Part shown: one piece after another, positions 1 through 17,966 of the stretch
How the letters are laid out: each line of letters opens with the position of its first letter
Numbering within the stretch: position 1 is the first letter of the stretch
Assembly: GCF_009914755.1 (NCBI RefSeq)
Contig: NC_060942.1
Direction: 5' to 3' (one strand)
Source of the DNA: the human T2T-CHM13v2.0 reference genome, Homo sapiens
Length of the DNA: 64,000 nt
Translations under genes and position numbers: made by a program
Notes under the pieces: generated by a model
Database searches by the model: none
What the model was told of the DNA's origin: nothing
What the model saw: the letters and a program-made list of their open reading frames with translations, nothing else

Positions 1-524
1 ACCTTGAGCTGTGGTGGGCTCCACCCAGTTCGAGCTTCCCGGCCGCTTTGTTTACCTACTCAAGCCTTGGCAATGGCAGGCACCCCTCCCCCAGCCTCAC
101 TGCCACCTTGCAGTTTGATCTCAGACTGCTGTGCTAGCAATAAGTGAGGCTCCGTGGGCGTAGGACCCTCCGAGCCAGGCGCGGGATACAATCTCCTGGT
201 GTGCCGTTTTATAAGACCATTGGAAAAGCTCAGTATTAGGGTGGGAGTGACCCAATTTTCCAGGTGCTGTCTGTCACCCCTTTCCTTGGCTAGAAAAGGG
301 AATTCCCTGACCCCTTGTGCTTCCCGGTTGAGGTGATGCCTTGCTGTGCTTCGGCTCATGCTCAGTGCACTGCACCCACTGTCCTGCACCCACTTTCTGA
401 CACTCCCCAGTGAGATGAACCAAGTACCTCAGTTGGAAATGCAGAAATCATTCATCTTCTGCGTTGCTCACACTAGGAGCTGTAGACTGGAGCTGTTCCT
501 ATTCGGCCATCTTAGCTCCACCCC
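1..524 (-). mobile_element. 5' UTR (extreme 5' end) of a primate L1PA LINE-1 that runs leftward out of the window
   Basis: The reverse complement begins GGGGTGGAGCTAAGATGGCCGAATAGGAACAGCTCC, the L1PA 5' terminus with its YY1 site. The flank reads AAAAATCATAGA on the minus strand, as expected for an L1-endonuclease target. An ORF0-like frame is present on the + strand. Confidence 0.92.
73..336 (+). pseudogene. LINE-1 ORF0 remnant interrupted by a premature TGA (145-147)
   Basis: The ATG at 73 gives MAGTPPPASLPPCSLISDCCASNK*, then the same frame continues GSVGVGPSEPGAGYNLLVCRF, matching the recalled ORF0 peptide MAGAPPPASLPPCSLISDCCASNQRDSVGVGPSEP. Confidence 0.8.
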
Positions 525-1089
525 TCTATGATTTTTATTAATCTCATTTTAGAAACATTTATCTAAATAACATTTATTCAGAGACAGGAAATTAAACTGT
601 GCACATTTGTAGACATACTCTTCCTCCTGAAATCTCACTAAGAGGATAATAATGGGCTTGGGTTTATTTTTAAAGAAAATAATCCCACAAGGATGGAAAA
701 GGAGACAACATCATTTAGATACTAGAAGCAGATGGAAGAGTTATACACGACCCAGTAAACCCAAGGAAATTTACTTAAGCCAGCCATAGAGAAAGCTGAG
801 AAGCAACATGATAGACAGCACAAAAGCCACCAAAGGACCCAGGAATTGCAGTCCAGATACTGCTAGAAGCAAGAGATAAATAGGAGAACTGGTTGCTGTA
901 CGTTTCATTAAAAAAAAAAAAATCCCAACCCTCCTCTGATTTTATGCAGTAGAAACTCCCCCTCTTCCATCTCAACATAAGACAGGGGTTTACTCTCTAA
1001 GCCAGTAAAACAGAGGGTCTCTCTAACAGAATTGAGTGTCCAGAAGTAGAGATGTGTGTATTTGAATTTATGACAGAGGCAGCATTGCA

Positions 1090-1760
1090 GTACAAGCCCA
1101 CTTTTCCCCATCTGATCACTGTAAAGTTGTATTTCATTGGAGGTTGAGCACCTTTTCGTCAGATAACTGACATTTGGGATTCCTCTTTTGTAAAATGCTT
1201 GTTCAAGTATTTTGCCCATTTTTTTAAAAACTGGGTGGTCTTTTTCTTATTAATGTATGATCATTCTTTATATATTCTAGATGGACAGAAATTCTTTATT
1301 TTAAATGTAGTCAACTTATTGCACTTTTCTGTATGACTAGAGCTCTTTGTGTCTTGTACAACAAATCAGGAAGATTTTTTTTCAAAGAAATTTGTAAATC
1401 TTTTATAGTTTTGTCTTTTCATGTAAGCTTTAATCCACCTGGAATTTATTCTGATGGATGGCGTGAGATGGGGGCCTAATTTCATTTTGTGGCCATATGG
1501 ATGCCCAATTCTCCTAGAGCTGTTCTTTAAAAATATAGCCTTTGTGGCTATATTTTATATACTCTCGTATTTTACTAGGGCATCTAGAGTTCTTGCCAGT
1601 TCTTGCCTCACTGTTGTATGGTACACCTCTGCCACAAACCAAACATCCACATCTATGTTTCTGGGAACTTTTTCCTGTCCTGTTTGTTAATCTATTCCTG
1701 TATCAGTACTGCACTGTTGTAATTAGTTTTAGTAATTAGTTTGTAATAATAACTTTAATA
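1090..1760 (-). mobile_element. Old L1M (L1ME-like) fragment
   Basis: T-rich antisense L1 motifs (ttgcccatttttt, tatattctagat, taatccacctggaattt); highly diverged. Confidence 0.55.
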
Positions 1761-1932
1761 TTTGTGCAGATCAGGTGCGGGACCCTAACCCATGCCCAGT
1801 TGCTTGTGTTGCAAGCTTCCTAAGCTAATGCGGGCAAGCAGAACTCTTAGGTAAATAATGGTAGCCACCAAAATGTTTGAGGTGAGTCAAGATTGCCTAC
1901 AGTTAGTGCTAAACTATCATGAAAACAAGTCT

Positions 1933-2270
1933 TGCTGGGTGCTGTGGCTCACGCCTGTAATCCCAACACCTTGGGAGGCCCGAGGCAGGCAGATCATGTA
2001 AGGTCAGGAGTTCGAGACCAGCCTGGCCAACATGGTGAAACCCTGTCTCTATTAAAAATACAAAAAGTATCTGGGCATGGTGGCACATACCTGCAATCCC
2101 AGCTACTAGGGAGGCTGAGGCAAGAGAATTGCTTGAACCCAGGAGGTAGAGGTTACCATGAGCCGAGATCGCACCATTGCACTCCAGCCTGGGCAACAAG
2201 AGTAAAACTCTGTCTCAAAAAAAAAAAGAAAGAAAGAAAGAAAAGAAAGAAAGGAAGGAAAAAAAGAAAA
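1933..2270 (+). mobile_element. Alu (S-type) with A/GAAA tail
   Basis: Dimeric Alu sequence (gtggctcacgcctgtaatccc...cactccagcctgggcaacaagag) followed by an A-rich tail. Confidence 0.95.
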
Positions 2271-2772
2271 TATGTCTCAAAAGGGATTCTTTCACATGCA
2301 TAAATATTGAATAAATAAATATTTATTAATAGGCAGGTACAAAGCAGAAAATAAAATCTCTTTTGTAAGCTCTATGAAATCCCAAGTTGACAACCACCCT
2401 ATAGAAAAGTGTTCCCTTGAGGCAGATGCAACAATTTTTCAGAGGCAGGAATCTGTTTTCCTGACAGTAGATATTAAGCAGCCAAATTTTCTGCTAACAC
2501 ACAGGCAGTTATGGCACAGGACTGTTTACAGATCAAGCCCTGGATCTCATCTCTAAGCATGCAGACCTTACCAGCTCTTATAACCTCTTTGTGCAAGTGT
2601 AAGGTATCGCTACAATACTTTAGCCCATCTATGTATCTTGCATTTAATTTCATTAATTACATGGAGTTCGAATCCACCAGTCACATCCCTGTCTGGCCAA
2701 GCCATTTGCCACTGCCCAGAAATCTATGGACACTTGTACCTCCGACCACTTTCCACATAGGGGAACAACTGA

Positions 2773-3148
<376 letters not shown>

Positions 3149-3149
3149 C

Positions 3150-4950
<1,801 letters not shown>

Positions 4951-5814
4951 GGGGAGTGAGAGGTGCTTGGCATGGGCCTGTGGGGACTCAAGGCATCACC
5001 AGGCTGCACCTTCACAAAGCCATCAGAGCCCGCACTATCTGGTGGCTGCAACTGTAGTTGGACAATGTGTGAGTGAGGCTGAGAGGATCTGAATAAGCGC
5101 CGGAGGCATCTTGTACACTGAATCCTTAGCAGGCCAGTAGGCAGAGACAGAAGGAGACACATAGGATCTTCTGTGGGATTGACAGGTCTCCAAAGGCTGG
5201 AACCCTTTAAGCAGCTGGCTCAGGACTCAAAGCAGTAGAAGCACTCAACAAACATTTTTTGGATGCAAAAACTAAGAAATTAATTAAATAATAAGTCAAC
5301 AATTATTGAAAGATCCAGGTCACATTAAAAGATGTGGCAAACATGGATTTCACCGTACCTTCCAAGCCTGAAATGAAAAGTGTCCCTGGGAAGCCAGGTG
5401 AGCCTGAGTATACCTGGGCACAGACTGGGGGCCATGATAGACAGCGAGAATGTCCCCCAACACAGACCAGGAAGCAGCACAGCACTGTGGCTGAGGGGTT
5501 CTGGGTCTAAGAGGGTTCGACAGGCCCCATGTTACTCAGAGGGAAACCCATTTGCTCTGATCAAATATCTTACAGAGGTAGACAGAGCTAAGAGATGAGG
5601 TCATCAGGAGACAGGGTCTAAGGTTAGCCCACTTCCTCATAAAGGCTGGGTGACTCCCTGGCTCTCTGCGCCTCATGCCCAGGTACAAGGAAGAACTTGG
5701 TATGGGCGGCGGAGGACTTTGGCTTCTGACTGCCAATTCTTTCTCCCCGGTGGGGAAAACAGAGAGCTTCAGTCGCCAGGCAAGTGCTAAGATGTCTCCT
5801 GCGCTAGTAAAGTT

Positions 5815-5945
5815 GGAGAGGAAGGTTTAAGTAGAGAACAAAATAGAGAGGGAGGGAGGGAGAAGAGGAGAGAGGGGAAGAGGGGAAGGGGAGAGGGAGG
5901 GAGGACAGAAGGAGGAGCAGCAGCAGGAGGAGCAGGAAGTGGAGA
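5815..5945 (+). repeat. GA-rich low-complexity tract
   Basis: gagagggagggagggagaagaggagagaggggaagagggg... Confidence 0.8.
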
Positions 5946-6868
5946 CAATTTTTAAAGTTGTCTTTTATTTTGGGGATGGAAAGCAGTAGTTCCATCATTA
6001 ACAAGCCTTTATTCCAAATAAAAGGACTAGCCCCAGTGTGGAGCAGTCCCGTCCCGCTCTGCAGATGAAATTAAGGCAGCAAGTCAAAAAGCAAGCATGC
6101 ATTGTCTGGGTAATGCAGTGGCTTAGGCACCGACATTCTCTGCAAATCCCTACTTGGAGAGCCCGACCTGGTCTCGGGGCTGCCTGCGGAAAGCACTGGA
6201 GAGCAGTCATTTCACACCAATCACACCGGCCAGCATAGGTTAAATCTTCCCAAGTTTGAATGCCTCTTTCCAGGGAAGAACAAGAAAAATCCAAAACGTT
6301 TTAAATAGTATGACCATCAATGAGGAAGAACATTTGAGATAAATAATAAAACTGTCATCTTGATCGAGGTACAAATCTTCTTCCAAAGTTTTAAAATCCT
6401 TTGTGTGCTTCCTCACTTGCTTATGGATTTGGGGTGGACACAAAGGCATGCCTTATTTGTCTTATTTGTAGCTCCATTTTTTCTTAACAGTTCTTTCATG
6501 TCTCCTCATTTTGAACAATCAAGTGGTGAAATAAGCAATTTGAATGCCCTCCTTTTTAAACGCTAAAGTGCTATATAAATGAAAAGTATTATCATTTCCA
6601 GTTTTAACTCGAAAGCAGAGTGATGTAAGGCCTCCAATGCCTAATTTCTTTAAATGGATGGACTGAGAAAAAAATACAGTTGCATTGTTTAATTTTCCAA
6701 AGAAAAAACAGTTTTCAAAGATGAAGTAATATTATTTTATTTAAAATTAATGTATTAATAAATACAAAAATATGTATTGTGTAGTAATAATTATTGCTGG
6801 GTGGGGCTGTGGGTGGCTTTCTGGGAGGCATTATATAGTACATAATAGAATATAAAAATGGAAGTTTT

Positions 6869-7172
6869 GAGCCGTGTACAGTGGCTCGTGCCTGTAACCC
6901 CAGCACTTTGGGGGCCCATGGCAGGAGGATCATTTGAGCCTAGGAGCTCGAGATGAGCCTGGGCAACATAGTGAGATACCATCTCTACAAAAAATTAAAC
7001 ACCTAGCCGGGTATGGTGGTGCATGCTTGTGGTCCCAGCTACTCAGGAGGCTGAAGCAGGAGGATCACTTGAGTCTGGGAGTTTGAGGCTGCAGTCACAA
7101 TTGCGGCAATGCACTCCAGCCTGAGCAACAGAATGAGACCCTGCTTCTACAAAAATAAAAATAAAAATAAAC
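6869..7172 (+). mobile_element. Alu (J-type)
   Basis: Dimeric Alu with an aaaaataaaaataaa tail; flanking repeat aaaatggaag. Confidence 0.92.
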
Positions 7173-8774
7173 TTTTTTAAAATGGAAGGTTTGGCTGAGA
7201 CCCTAAGATGAGAAAGATCGTGTGCCAACCTGAGGTTCCAAGTAAGGAGTCTAGCTTTTAGGGTCTTTGGTGAGAAGCTTTAACCCTCACCTATATCAAA
7301 GGCCAGAATGTGTGGAGATGGGAGGGATTTGTGCAGAGACTTTTTAGGGAAAGCTGTTGATCCGTTCTAAGTCCCAGCTCCCAAGGAGGGAAAATGGGGA
7401 GGTTTGTCCTCAAGCTGCTAAGAGGGGCACTGAAGGTGCCACATGGAGAGCTGCTGTGTGTCCCATGTGGTAGGGGGCCCAGGAGGCTGGTGTGTGACTC
7501 CCACTTGAGAAATCTAAAGGGTGAGCCATGTGGCAGCTCTGCCGATAGCTGAGGGGAGGACGCCTGCACCCCCAGGATGCTGGGGCAGAGGTGATGGGGT
7601 CATGCCTGTGAGAAAGCCATTGTGGGTTACTTTAGGTTTTGTCCAAGAGGGCCAGCTGGAGGGGCACAGAGCTGCAGGTGTTGCTGGATTCCCATGGCCA
7701 TGGGGAAACCACTGTGAGCCACAGGAGAAGCATCCCCCCGAGTTAGGGAACTTCCAGCGGGAAGTGCCCACCTTCGTGGGTGGCTGGAGGAGGGGCTCTG
7801 AGGAACCCACACAAACCTCCACGGGAGAAGGCATTGGCCCTGAACGTCTGTCAGGAACAGAGAGCAAAAAGGAAACTGGTGACAGCGACAGTTCCATCCT
7901 GTCAGCCCTCTCTTGTCTCCCAGTTACTCCCTATGAAACCAGCAACCCACAGGCATCGGAAACCATGGTGAGCAAACTGGAGGATGTGTGGGAGGCAGAG
8001 AACGTTGGATGGGGAGAGAGAGAAGGACCCATTGTCTAGCCCCCTGGCTCACAGCAGCCTCCCCACCTGCAGCTGCCCTCGATGATGGAAGACAGACGCC
8101 TCCTCTTACCCCAGCCTTGAGTTTAGAATATTGCAGGGGACTGGAAATGCCCATTTCTGTGTGGAGACACTTCGTATCACACATCAGTGACCTGAAATGT
8201 TAAAGGACTGCCTGAGTTCTTATCCAGGGACAGGGAAGAACTAGCCCTGCTGAATACATTTAAAAGAATAGTGACAGATAAAATACAATGACTTCAGGAT
8301 GGCAGCCCATAAATCATGTCTGCCCAATGCACATGTTACGAGTGTTCAGAAAACAGAAATGAAACTTTGAAAACCTGATGTCTCCCGAAATTACCTCTAT
8401 TTGTTTTTAAATATATGTTATTTTTTTTCAAATGATAAAAGCAGATTCATAGTAGACCATTTAGAAAACACGTTAAAATATTAAAAGGAAAACTTCAAAA
8501 ATGTTCACACAATCCTACCACCATTTCTTTCTTAAAGTGTAAAATCCTTCCTCCCTGGGGTAAAAAGATATTCAGATATTCCAAGTGTTCTCTTTAAATG
8601 TACGATTATGGGTTACGCCCTCTTTTCTGCCTATATGTGGAAGCAGACAGTTCTAATTTTGTCTCTCTGGCTCACGCCCACACCCTCTCGACCACCCCTC
8701 TCCACTCTTCTGGATTCACTCCCCACATCTACTCCATCCCACCCATTAAACTGGTTAAATCAGAGCTGCCATGT

Positions 8775-9091
<317 letters not shown>

Positions 9092-9099
9092 TGACTAAC

Positions 9100-9394
9100 T
9101 TTTTTTTTTCTTTGAGACTGAGTCTCGCTCTGTCTCCCAGGCTGGAGGGCAGTGGCACAATCTCGACTCACTGCAACCTCCACCTCCCAGGTTCAAGCGA
9201 TTAACCCTGCCTCAGCCTCCAAGTAGCTTGTATTACAAGCACCCACCACCACGCCGACTAGTTTTTGTATTTTTAGTAGAGACGGGGTTTCACCATGTTA
9301 GCCAGACTGGTCTCTAACTCCTGACATCAAGTGATCCACCCGCCTCGGCCTCTCAAAGTGCTGGGATTACAGGCGTGAGCCACCACACGTGGCC
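9100..9394 (-). mobile_element. Alu (S-type)
   Basis: Poly-T then gagactgagtctcgctctg...gtgagccaccacacgtggcc. Confidence 0.92.
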
Positions 9395-10232
9395 TAAACT
9401 TTTCCAAAGACATCAGACTAACCTTGTTTCTGTGTGGGATCTGTGTCCACTCTTAGGGGACAAAGACAGAAAAAAGTACAGTGGATATTTCCTTTTCAGT
9501 CTATTCCCATGTGTGTGCATTTTGTATGGGTTTTAAATAAATAACAATATTAAAGAGGGAAGAAAAATCACAAAACAACAGCTGAGGATTGTGTGTGAGA
9601 CACTCATTCCTCCTCTTTCCCACTGTGGTTAAAGTTATCACCAACTTCTTGGCTGTCTAATGGTCTCCTCACCTTTTAGAATAAGCTGCTGGAGCCATTT
9701 CTTCCCTCCATTACATTCTGCTATCTATTAACCAATGAAAAAGAAGAAGATACAAGAAGTTTGGTCCTGCGCAAACAGGCGATATTGTGTTAGCTTTGTC
9801 TGAGATATACTTTCTTCTTTAAGGTTTGGCTGAAAATAGCTGTAGTATATCACCCCTCAAGATGCCTACCTAGTCCCAACCTCCAGATTTGACTCACTCA
9901 TTACCAGTATCTCCTGCAGATCCAGGAGGCCAGGTCTCCATGTTTCTACCTTGGGACGCTCCTCTACCAACTGCTACAGGTTTTGTTATATCAGGAAGTC
10001 CATTTGAACCAACTGAGTTGGTGTGATGCTCTCTTCTGGGAAACTCCTACAGTAAGTTTGAGGCACTGGAGCTGACAGAGGTCACTTAGACTCAAGGCTG
10101 GAAAGACCATTTTTGTCATATGTGTTCCATGTCAGAGAAAGCTAGTTTTTAGAGAGATAGACAAATGAGCCAAGAAAGGCAGAAAAGAAGGGTCCTGGCT
10201 GCACAGAGGCGGACTTGTCATCTTGTGACCTC

Positions 10233-10605
10233 TGTGTACTAGTTTGCTAGGACTGCCATAACAAAGTACCACTGATACGGCAGCTTAAGCAACAGACATT
10301 TATTTTCTTATAGTGCTGAAAGCTGGAAGTCTGAGATGAAGGTGTCAACAGGGTTTCTTTCTACTGAGGCCTATCTCCTTGGCTTGCAGGTGGCTACCTT
10401 CTCCCTGGGTGCTTACATGGTCTTCCCTCTGTGCATGTCTCTCTCCTAACCTGCCAGTCACACTGGATTAGGGCCCACCTATATGACCTCATTCTACCTT
10501 AATCAGCTCTTTAAAGGCCCAACCTCCATATACAGTCACATTCTGAGGTTCTGCAGTTAGGACTTCAACATATGAATCTAAGGGGGCATAGCTCAGCCCA
10601 TAACA
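10233..10605 (-). mobile_element. MaLR LTR (MLT1A-like)
   Basis: tagtttgctaggactgccataacaaagtacc...ggacttcaacatatgaat...cagcccataaca. Confidence 0.8.
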
Positions 10606-11144
10606 CTCTTCTTCTGACTCTCCAGGTCCTGATTGTTACCCCTCCTGGGGCCTGGTTACACTTCCCATCCTTGGGATATAAGATCAGTTCTATCTTTGAC
10701 TTGTGATAACTTAAGCAGATTTCTACTCCAGCCAGTCAAACAATTCCTCACAAAGATAATTACCCTTTTAGCAAAAGCTGCTCTGTGATTTTTCCAGAAT
10801 ATGAGGATCAGAAATGTTAATACTGTCTTTATATACATCAATGTTAAACAGCAACAGTTTCCAGCTATCTCTTGACGTTTTCATTTTGAACTGATCTCAA
10901 ATTTCTCAAAGCTTCCTCTTCTTCGTTTGAAATCCATATTCAGGCTCCCATGTCACATGCCAAATCCAAAATGCTATCACTAGCATTCCTGCTCTCTTGG
11001 AGGCTATCCTCACAGGTGTTTGGGGACCACCCTCTGGTTCACATTTTCTAAATTGTATGATGTTAGATGTACTTTCCTGGAAAGATACCTGACTTTTCAA
11101 GGAAAAATAGAGGATAACATTTGGATAGAAAAAAATGGACACGT

Positions 11145-14100
11145 CTAGCAGGCAGAAAATAAATAAGGGCTTGGTTAACTCAACACCATCATCAATGAAC
11201 TGGATACTATGGACATGTACAGACTACCTCATCCAGCATTAGGAGAATATATATTCTCCTTAAGCTCACACAGAACAGTCAGCAAGACAGACCACACCTG
11301 AGCCATAAAACACACCTTAATCAATTTCAAAGAATAGATATGATACAATGTCTGTTCTCAGACCACAGTGGAATTAAACTAGAAATCAGTAACAAAGATA
11401 GCTGGGAGATCTTAAAATACTTGGAGGTTAAACAGCACACTTCTAAATAATAGATGGGTCAAAGAAGAAATTTCAAGAGAAATTTTAAAATAGTTTGAAT
11501 CAAATGAAGATGAAAGCACATCCTATCAAAATCTGTGGGATGCAGCAAAAGCAGCATTTAGAGGGAAATTTATAGCATTGAATACATAGATTAGAAAAGA
11601 GGAAAGATCTAAAATCAATTCTCTAAGCTTCCACCTTAGGAACCTAAGAAAAGGAGAGCAAACAAAATCCAAAGTAAATAGAAGAAAATAAATGATAAAA
11701 ATTAGAGCAGAAATCGATGATATTGAAACAGAAAATCAATGGCGAAAATCAATGAAACCAAAAGCTGGTTCTTTGAAAAGATCAATAAAAATAATAAGCA
11801 GGCTAACTAAGAAAATAAGAGACAATACAAATTACTATTATAAGAAATATAAGAGGGGAAATCACTATGAATCCCCTAGATATTAAAAGGATAACCAAGG
11901 AATACTATGAACAACTCTGTGTCCACATATTTGATAACCTAAATGAAATAGAGCAATTCCTTGAAAGTCACAATCTGCCAAAACTCACACAAGAGGAATC
12001 TGAACAGGACTATATTTATTTTAAAAATTGAATCAATAAGTAATAACCTTCCAAAACAGAAAGCACCAGGCCTAGATGGCTGGTGAATTCTAAACACTGA
12101 AGAAAGAAATTATACCAATTCTCTACAATCTTTTTCAGAAGAGAGAACCAAAGAAAATACTTCCTACCTCATTCCCTGAGTCCAGCATTACACTAATATC
12201 AAAACCAGATAAAGACATAACAAGAATGGAAAACTACAGGCCAATATGTCTCATGAACACAGATATAAAAATGCTCAACGGCCGGGTGCGGTGGCTCATG
12301 CCTGTAATCCGAGCACTTTGGGGGGCCGAGGTGGGCAGAAAACTTGAAGTCAGGAGTGCGAGACCGGCCTAACCAACATGGTGAAACCCCATCTCTACTA
12401 AAAATACAACAATTAGCCGGGCGTGGTGGCGCATGCTTGTAATCTCAGCTACTCAGGAGGCTGAGGCAGGAGAATCACTTGAACCCAAGATAGCACCACT
12501 GAACTCCAGCCTGGGTAACAGAGTGAGACTTTGTCTCAAAAAAAAAAATGCTCAACAAAATATTAGCAATTCAAGTCCAACGATGTCTAAAAATAATTAT
12601 ATACCACAACAAAGTGGAATTTACTCCATGCATGCATGGCAACATTAAAAAATCAAATAAATGTAATGTATCACATCAACAAGCTAAAGAAGAAAAATCA
12701 CATGATCATATCAAAAGATGCAGAGAAAGCATTGACAAAATCCAACACCCATTCTTGATAAAAACTGTCAGTAAACCAGATATGACATGGTGCCTATAGT
12801 TCATAACAATGTATTATATTCTTGAAAAGTACCAAGAGATTTTAAGTGTTCTCACCACAAAAAAAATAAGTATATGAGGTAATGTTAATCAGTTAGATTC
12901 AGCCATTTCACAATTATACATATTTTACAACATGTTGTACATGATTGTACATGATAAATATATGTAGTTTTTATTGGTCAATTTAAATACATGAATGCAT
13001 ACATAATAAATATATAAATAAATAACTCAATCTCAGTAAATTAGGAATAGAAGGGAACCTTCTTCAACCTGATAAAGCATATCTGCAAAAACCTTACAGC
13101 TAACATCATGGTGAGAAGCTCAAAGTTTTCCCACTGAGATCAGGAACAAGGCAAGGATGTCCCCCTCTCACCACTGCTTTTCAACTTTGTACTAGAGGTC
13201 CCAGCTAACACAATAAGACAAGAAAGGGAAACAAAAGCCATGTTTGATTGGGAAGGAAGAAATAAAACTGCTCATGTTCACAGATGACATAATCATCTCT
13301 ACAAAATATCTGAAAGAACCAACAAAAAATAAAAACTACTGATACTAATCAGCAATGATAGCAACATTGCAGGATATAAGTTTAATGAATTGCTTTCCTA
13401 TATACCAGCAAAGAACAAGTAGAATTTGAAATTAAAAACACAGTACCATTTACATTAGCATTCCCTCCAAAAAATGAAATACTTAGATATAAGTCTAACA
13501 AAATATGGATAAGATCTATATGAGGAAAACCGTAAAACTCTGATGAATGAAATCAAATATGAAATTTTAAAATGGACACATATTTCATGCTCCTGGGTAG
13601 GAAGCCTCGATATTTTCAAGACATCAGTTCTTCCCAACTTGATCTATCAGTTCAATGCACTCCCAATCAAAATCACAGCAAGTTATTTTGTGGATATTGA
13701 CAAACTGATTATAAAGTATATAGAGACAGGCAAATGATCCAGAATAGCCACACAGTATTAAAGGAGAACAAGGTTGGAGGACTGAAGCTACCCAATTTCA
13801 AGACTTATTATAATGCTGCAGTAATCAAGGAGTGTGGTATCAGCAAATGAATAGGCAAATAGATAAATAAACAAAACAAAGAGCCCGGAAGTAGACCCAC
13901 ATAAATATAGTCAACTGATCTTTAATAAAGCAGAAAGGCAATACCATAGGAAAAGATAGTCTTTTAAACAAATGCTGCTAAAACAACTGGACATCCACAT
14001 GCAAAAAAATAAATATAGACACAGGCCTTACACACTTCACAAAAATTAATTCATAATGAATCACAGACCTAAAGGTAAAATGCAAAACTATAAAAACCTT

Positions 14101-14240
14101 AGAAGACAGTATAGGAGAAAAGTATGGATGGCCTTAGATTTGGCTTTTTAGATTCAACACCAAAGGCACAATCCATGAAGATTAAAGAACGAATTGATAA
14201 CTGGACTTCATTTAAATTAAAAATTCCTGCTCTGTGACAT
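11145..14240 (+). mobile_element. Old L1M ORF2 region (decayed), interrupted by an Alu and an L1MA 3'-end fragment
   Basis: ORF2-like peptides (IKIRAEIDDIE, FDKIQHPFLIKT-like, WTHISCSWVGSLDIFKTSVLPNLIYQFNALPIKI) with many stops and frameshifts. Confidence 0.9.
12280..12547 (+). mobile_element. Alu (S-type) inserted in L1, with a short deletion in the right arm
   Basis: TSD aaaaatgctcaac on both sides; gaacccaagatagcacc lacks the ggaggcggaggttgcagtgagc segment. Confidence 0.93.
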
Positions 14241-14258
14241 CTTATAGAATTCAAATAA

Positions 14259-14636
<378 letters not shown>

Positions 14637-14744
14637 TAATTGTTAGTGTTATGAGAATTGAGGAATACAGAAAATTTCGTATACACTGGTAGAATATGAA
14701 TTGGTTCACTCTTAGGTAATATTTAACATGCCTTTAAAAGGTAT

Positions 14745-15023
14745 GTAACCAAGGATTTTTAGGGCAGTGAAACTACTCTGCAGTATCCATGATACTATAC
14801 TGATAGATACATGTCATTATACGTTTGTCCAAACCCATAGAAAGTACAACAGCAAGAGCAAATCCCAATGTGATAATGATGTGTTAAGGCAGGTTCATCA
14901 GTTTCAAGAAATGTTGCACTCTGATGGAGGATGCTGCTAATGGGGGAGGTTGCCCATGTGTGAGGGTGTGTGCCTTCTGCTCGGTTTTGCTGTGAACCTA
15001 AGACTGCTCTAAAATATAAAGCC
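14745..15023 (+). mobile_element. L1MC-like 3' end fragment
   Basis: gatttttagggcagtgaaactactctg...tgtcattatacgtttgtccaaacccatagaa...tgtgaacctaagactgctctaaaa. Confidence 0.7.
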
Positions 15024-16095
<1,072 letters not shown>

Positions 16096-16584
16096 GTGTA
16101 GGGAGATGGTCGGCTACTGACAAAGATTGTGGGTGCAGGGAGAAGGAGACAACACTATGACCAACACAAGTCTTCTGCTGTCTGTGGCACTCCCTTAGCC
16201 CGACTGCATCACTGTGGGTCTCCTTCCCAGAACCTACTGTGTCCCTCGGCGGAAGCTTCCTGCTTTTGAGGGCACTGCTATGGCCTAGTGGCAGGTAGGG
16301 GTTCAGCCAGGTTGGTTTCTGGGATTCCAAGGTGCTGACTCTGGTTTCATTAGAGCTGGATGCTAAAAGCAGAACATTGAATAGGTCTTTGTAACGATCA
16401 CCAAACACACTACAGGGACAGAGAGAAAAGAACTTCCGTTCTGAAAAACACAACCAACTGACCAAGCCTATACCTGGAGCACCAGGAAAACACAGGCACC
16501 AGAAAAGAGCGGCAGGGAGAGATTTAAAGAAAGAACTTCATAAAGGGATAATTATCAAGACAAACATCAGAATTCTTTGGCCCT

Positions 16585-17010
16585 CTGTTGGTTTCCTACA
16601 ACTGCTAACCGCAAAGTACCGCAGAGAAGATGCTGAGAAGTCTGTAATCAGGGGGCCAGCAGGGCCATGCCGGCTCTGAAATCTGCAGGGAAGAATCCTT
16701 CCTTTCCTCCCCCAGCTTCTGGTGTTTTGCTGGCAACCTTTGGCATTTCCTTGGCTTTCGGCTGCAGCACTTCAGTCTCTCCTCTGCCTCTGTCATCATC
16801 ACGTGATGTTCTCTCCCGTGTCTCTAGGTCTCCTCCTTCTTACAAGGATGCCACTCACACTGGATTAGGGGCCCACCCTGCTGTAGTATGACCTCGTCCT
16901 AATTTAATTATATCTGCGGCAATCCTACCTTCAAATGAGGTTGCATTCTGAAGAGCCAGGGGTTAGGACTTTAACATATCTTTTTGAAAGACACAATTCA
17001 ACCCTATTAG
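16585..17010 (-). mobile_element. MaLR LTR (MLT1-like)
   Basis: ggattaggggcccaccct...tgacctc...ttaggactttaacatatctttt...acacaattcaaccc. Confidence 0.7.
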
Positions 17011-17393
17011 GGGTTGAACCCTTCTCACATTTATATTGAATTCTGCTGTCTCTTCTTTGGAATGACACGTAGGGGAGGTAGCAGTGGAGGACATCCTCTT
17101 CATGACTTAGGGCTTCTCGAGGTCTTGGGTCACCCTGGGACTTCACAGACATGACAACATAATGGCTGTTGGGGGGCTTTGAGTAACCTTGACATACTCA
17201 AGGTTACTCAAGGGACCAAGGGACACACCTTGCCCCCTTCCTTCCTTGCAAACTTACTGACCACCACCCACCACCCTCTTTCCTCTGAGAAAAGGGGCAG
17301 CTGTCTATTTGCTCAGAGCCCTCCCATCTCTTCCAGGGTTTTGCTCTCTCAGTTCTTCCCTCAGTAGGTTTCAAACTCTTTTTCTCGTCCATA

Positions 17394-17966
<573 letters not shown>

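Noticed and set aside
7521-8039. 172-aa ORF
   Set aside because: Non-ATG start, no recognisable domain, and no supported exon structure.
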